Assembly (NCBI GenBank): GCA_030167865.1
Contig: JALAGF010004545.1
Coordinates: forward strand, 1 to 64,000
Reading direction: 5' to 3'
From: Craspedostauros australis
Taxonomy: Eukaryota
DNA length: 64,000 nucleotides
Shown: piece after piece, positions 60,074-64,000 of the stretch
Layout of the letters: each line of letters starts with the position of its first letter
Numbering within the stretch: the first letter of the stretch is position 1
The notes under the pieces: model-generated
Databases searched by the model: none
What the model was told of the DNA's origin: nothing
Seen by the model: the letters and a program-made list of their open reading frames with translations, nothing else
Position numbers and translations under genes: made by a program

Positions 60074-63000
60074 ATGACGGTTGGGACAGGCCCCGGAAAT
60101 CCTGAACCACCGAACGGCGCAATGGACAACGAAACGAACGAGGACGACGACAAGATGAACAACGACAATGGCGACAACCCGTCCGGGATTGCAGCCGTAT
60201 CCGACGACGACGAAGACGAGGAGCAACCGCAGGAGGAGGCGGAAGATCCACAACCAAAGGCCTACGAGTGGGAGGATGGCGCGGTGCCTCCGGAAAGTCT
60301 TCGTTTGTGGAGCGAAGTCGGAGCAGGGTTGGACAAATCACAGACAGGTGGGTCATTCCGCAGCGTGCGAAAAATTTGGCATACCGTCTTGCGGTCACAT
60401 CACTCCACGGAAACCAGCCGAAATCTGCGACTATGATCTGCAGCAGCATCCTTTCCTCTTTGCGCCAAGAAGAGGATCAGCAGGAGCTTCGTCTCGTGGC
60501 TCGTGGCGTTCCTCATGGTCGCTGCCTGCATGTCAAGCAGCCTGATGATTGCTCTTGTCTTCCCTTCGTTCTTGCTTGCTTGTACGGCTGCTTATACGGC
60601 TGCTGGTTGGATGCCTGCCAAGGACACAAGTCCATCTTGTGGCATGCTTTCCCACCAACAGTCAGCCAGCTAGTCGGTCAGCCAGGCAACCAAGCGACCA
60701 ACCAAACCAACTAGACCTGTCAAAGGCTAGCAACCGACCAAGCCGCGATTGTCTTGCCGTCCAATTGCATTCGTAGCATGGCCTGAATAACTTGGACTGT
60801 GCTTGTGGCACTCCATACTCACACATCTTGCATCCTCTGTTGCTGTCGCTCTGTGTCTGCTTCCTTTGGCCATGCCGTTTCTTCCACCTCTGCGCAACTG
60901 TTTTCTATCCTCGATCTGCACTCGATCTGTACTCGATCTGCGTCATTGCAACCGCGGCAACAACCAACAACCTCACAACACAATGCAATCCAACACACAA
61001 CGCAACGCAACGCAACGCAACATCACGACCAACCAACCTACAGTCGTGTGGAAGGCAGCTGTGGATTCGTTGAATGAAGCAAACAAGTACTTCACGCAAA
61101 GCCATGAGGCTCGGAGCTTTGTGGAGACGTACATGATGGCCATCATCAGCATCCTGGTGGAGCAGCAACCGGCAAAGATCGGAAATCACGAACGTCAATG
61201 CGTCCAGGAGTCGCTGTACCTTGCCATGACTTTGGTTTCGCGCGATTTGGCCATCCAGCTCGACCGTGGCGGGCCCTGCACCCTGCTCACCGTTCTGGCC
61301 TGCATCTTCAACAAGAAGAGGACCTTCTACAAGGGCACCAAGGGTAACTGGAACGTCAGCCACCTCAGCGGCCTGCCGGAAGTTCGAATGATCATGATCA
61401 ACAAATTCAAAAAGCAGGGTGGCTTCAACCACCTGGCCGAATACCTCATCACCAAGGTCGGGACGTCCGACTTCCCAACCCTCGACGTTCTGCACCAGGT
61501 CCTGTTCAGTTTGGCGGATGCCTTGCTCAACACCAGCAGATCCGTAGCAATGCAGAATCAGAACAACTGGCCAACCGCGGTCCCTGCCAACAACGCTGCC
61601 AACAACCCCAACGCCGGCCAGTCAAGCAGCCATGACCCGATCACGGTCAAGGAATGGGAGGACCAGGCCATCCGCGTGGGCGAGGCTGTCATGCAGTACA
61701 TCCATTCCTGCTCGGAAGACACGCTCAAGAAGCTTGCGACGGAGCACCTCAACACGATCCAGACCGACTTGAAACGCATCTTCGACCGCCTCATTTCCAC
61801 GCGACGCGATGCCACCTACCGATTCTACGAATTCTGGAGAGCCTTTGTCCACAAGCTCATCACATCCAAATCACTCCCGCTCAGACTGTTCGGGTGGACC
61901 GAAATCGATGCCCTTCTGGAGGCCAGCGCCGAACACCGCCCACCTCCGCGATCATACATGGTCAGCAACGCAGGTTGTACGTTTGTCAACGGCCCGTACG
62001 TCTTCGGAGGCCAAACCACGGCGGACGGATACGCGCAGCGCGGGGTGGATATCTCGTACGAGCGCAACATCCCAACCGACGAACCTGACGGCGGAAAGAA
62101 GCTCACATTGTTCCGGTGCACCATGCGTTCACAGCAGAAGTGGTGGTTCCTGTCCGAGGCAGATGAAGAGCAGCCCGGTACCGACCGTGACATTGACTAC
62201 TACCAGCACAAGTCGAAGCAGGAAGAGGAGACGCAACCTCCACCGAGAGGGTGGGCAACCTGCCGCAACTCCGGAATTGACCCGCCACCCCACCTGCTTC
62301 GTGAAGGATTGATGGTGCCTCCTGGCCAGGAATTCCAAACCCTGGAGCATCAGCTGGCGAAGTGGGCGATCGAGAACGGCATCATCGAGCTGGTTTTGGG
62401 CGACTCGGTGCACCGTGAGATTGTCGCAAGATCTACTGCGCTGATGAAGTTCCTCGCAAGCATGTGCGATCGCGATTCCCACATCCCACCGGACCCCAAC
62501 TCGCCCGTTCAGCCCAACCAGTTCTGCCTGCAGACTTCCCACTTGCTGCTTGCTTGGAAAACGTGCACGAAGAAGGCCGATGCTGCTGTCGCCACGCAAG
62601 TGTACCAGCTCCTCGTGACCATCCTTCCAGCGTGCCCCATCGACAAAGCCGTGCCACTGCTGCAGGCGATCAAGACTTCGTTGAACGATCCCGAACATGA
62701 CAACTTGAACGAAGTGGCCGAGTTTTGCGCGGCCTTGGCGGCAAGCGCAAGCGAGGCCAACGGTAACAACCCGAAGGCAAGCAGCACCTACTTCCAACCC
62801 GAGACCAGAACGCAGATTCTGGAGCTGTTCTGGGCCGTGTTTATACATCCCGAGGCACATTCGCTGAAGACGTATGACTCGCTCAAGGAGTTCGTTACTG
62901 CCGAGCTGGGCGTGGAACCAGCCGGTAGATCGCACCGTGAACGATACCTCAAATCCTGCATCGAATCCTTGGAGCAGAGCATCGCGGCAGCCCCCGCACC

Positions 63001-64000
63001 TGCCAGCGCAACCGCCGAGACCCAGATCTTTCGCATGATCAAGCTCATGCATTTTGTGCTGGAGGCATGTCCTGCGGATCACGCAGCGCAGCTAGTCGAG
63101 GCAGACAACGGAACACTGGCAATCCTCTTGTTCAGGGAGCTTGCCGCAGTGCTGGCTCGCCGGAAGCAGAAGTTGGGCGCAGCCGGAGTGGCTGCTCAGA
63201 AGGTAAGAAGTGATTGTGTTGGAATTTCGCGGTTGTGCGCGTGTATGTGTGTGTGTACGTGCGCGTTTGTGATGCCTTGCGCGCCCAATGATAGAACGTA
63301 TCTCTGCGAAGAATCGCACACGGTTTGCACCATGTGCATGCAGCGAGGCTTGCGTTCACTCGTTCACCAGCTGGGCCACAACATCCGTTGCCAATCTTGC
63401 TGCTCCACCACACAATACAAGTACATTGCATCTGACTGGCCCTGTCATCATTACTCACATTTCCAAACTTGTTGCGATGTCTATCTGTCTCTCTCTCTCA
63501 CACACACACATACATTGTGTAATTATGACTCTCGTTTTCTCCGCCTCAGCTCTCCGCCGACGTGAGCGATAGTGACAGACAGCAGGTGTCAGAACGGCTC
63601 CGTATCCTTCGCAACGTCTACGGTCTGTCAGGAAAGATCTTCATGTCGAGCGAGCAGCTGCAAGAGCTGTGGCAAAACTGCAGCTCCCCGAATGACTATG
63701 AAGAGGTGATGATCTTCGTCGCCAACGCATCCAGACCAACCCGAACTCCTTTGGCGGGCACGTTTGCAGGAGCAGCACCATCAACTGCGGCAGCATCAGC
63801 GACGTCAGGAGCATCAGCACCGTCGTCCGCGGTGTCCAACGGAACAGGCCCCGCAGCACAAGGCTCATCAGGTCAGCCTTCGAACAGCAATGCCAACGCG
63901 TGTTATCCTGCATTCACTGACGAAGTTTGCAATTTCGCCTTCCTTCAGTTGTTTTGTTCGCCAGCCATGAATTTCGATTCGTTGGAGACCAGCGCATACA
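60074..64000 (+). CDS. USP9X/USP24 (fat facets)-like ubiquitin-specific protease, 5' partial; exons 60074-60347, 61044-63202, 63550->64000
   Basis: Phase-compatible introns ACAG|GTGGGT...CTACAG|TC and AAG|GTAAGA...CCTCAG|CTC. Segments INKFKKQGGFNHL, LAKWAIENGIIELVLGDSVHREIV and QVSERLRILR...QLQELW resemble the USP9X/24 N-terminal helical scaffold as I recall it. The catalytic domain is not in the window. Confidence 0.75.

Overview
Eukaryotic nuclear DNA with GT-AG introns and microsatellites. I saw no rRNA, tRNA, CRISPR array or intact mobile element. The gene content (expanded HSF family, a putative bipartite plastid presequence, F-box/WD40) is most consistent with a stramenopile, probably a diatom; this is inference. 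Genes from left to right: an unclear low-complexity ORF; RNA polymerase I/III subunit AC19 (-) head-to-head with alpha-tubulin (+, 1 intron); an N-myristoylation-type ATP-grasp ligase of the sugar-transfer-associated type (-, 1 intron); a ~25 kb cluster of four intronless heat-shock-factor (HSF) genes with long gene-free spacers and one histidine phosphatase among them; DDX3/Ded1 DEAD-box helicase (-, 3 introns); a coiled-coil hypothetical protein; a type II membrane GH125 glycosidase; a small membrane protein; a ~3,480 aa mostly disordered protein with a SAGA Ada1/TADA1-like core (-, 1 intron); an F-box-like/WD40 protein; and the 5' part of a USP9X/USP24-like deubiquitinase. The best leads are the HSF array (three paralogs with YGF->YCF, a shared C-terminal F-x-G-R-x-F-F motif in two, an in-frame TGA in one), the giant Ada1-like protein, the bacterial-type ATP-grasp and GH125 enzymes with eukaryotic membrane anchors, and a module inserted into the USP scaffold. 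All family calls come from motifs recognised by eye, not from database searches.
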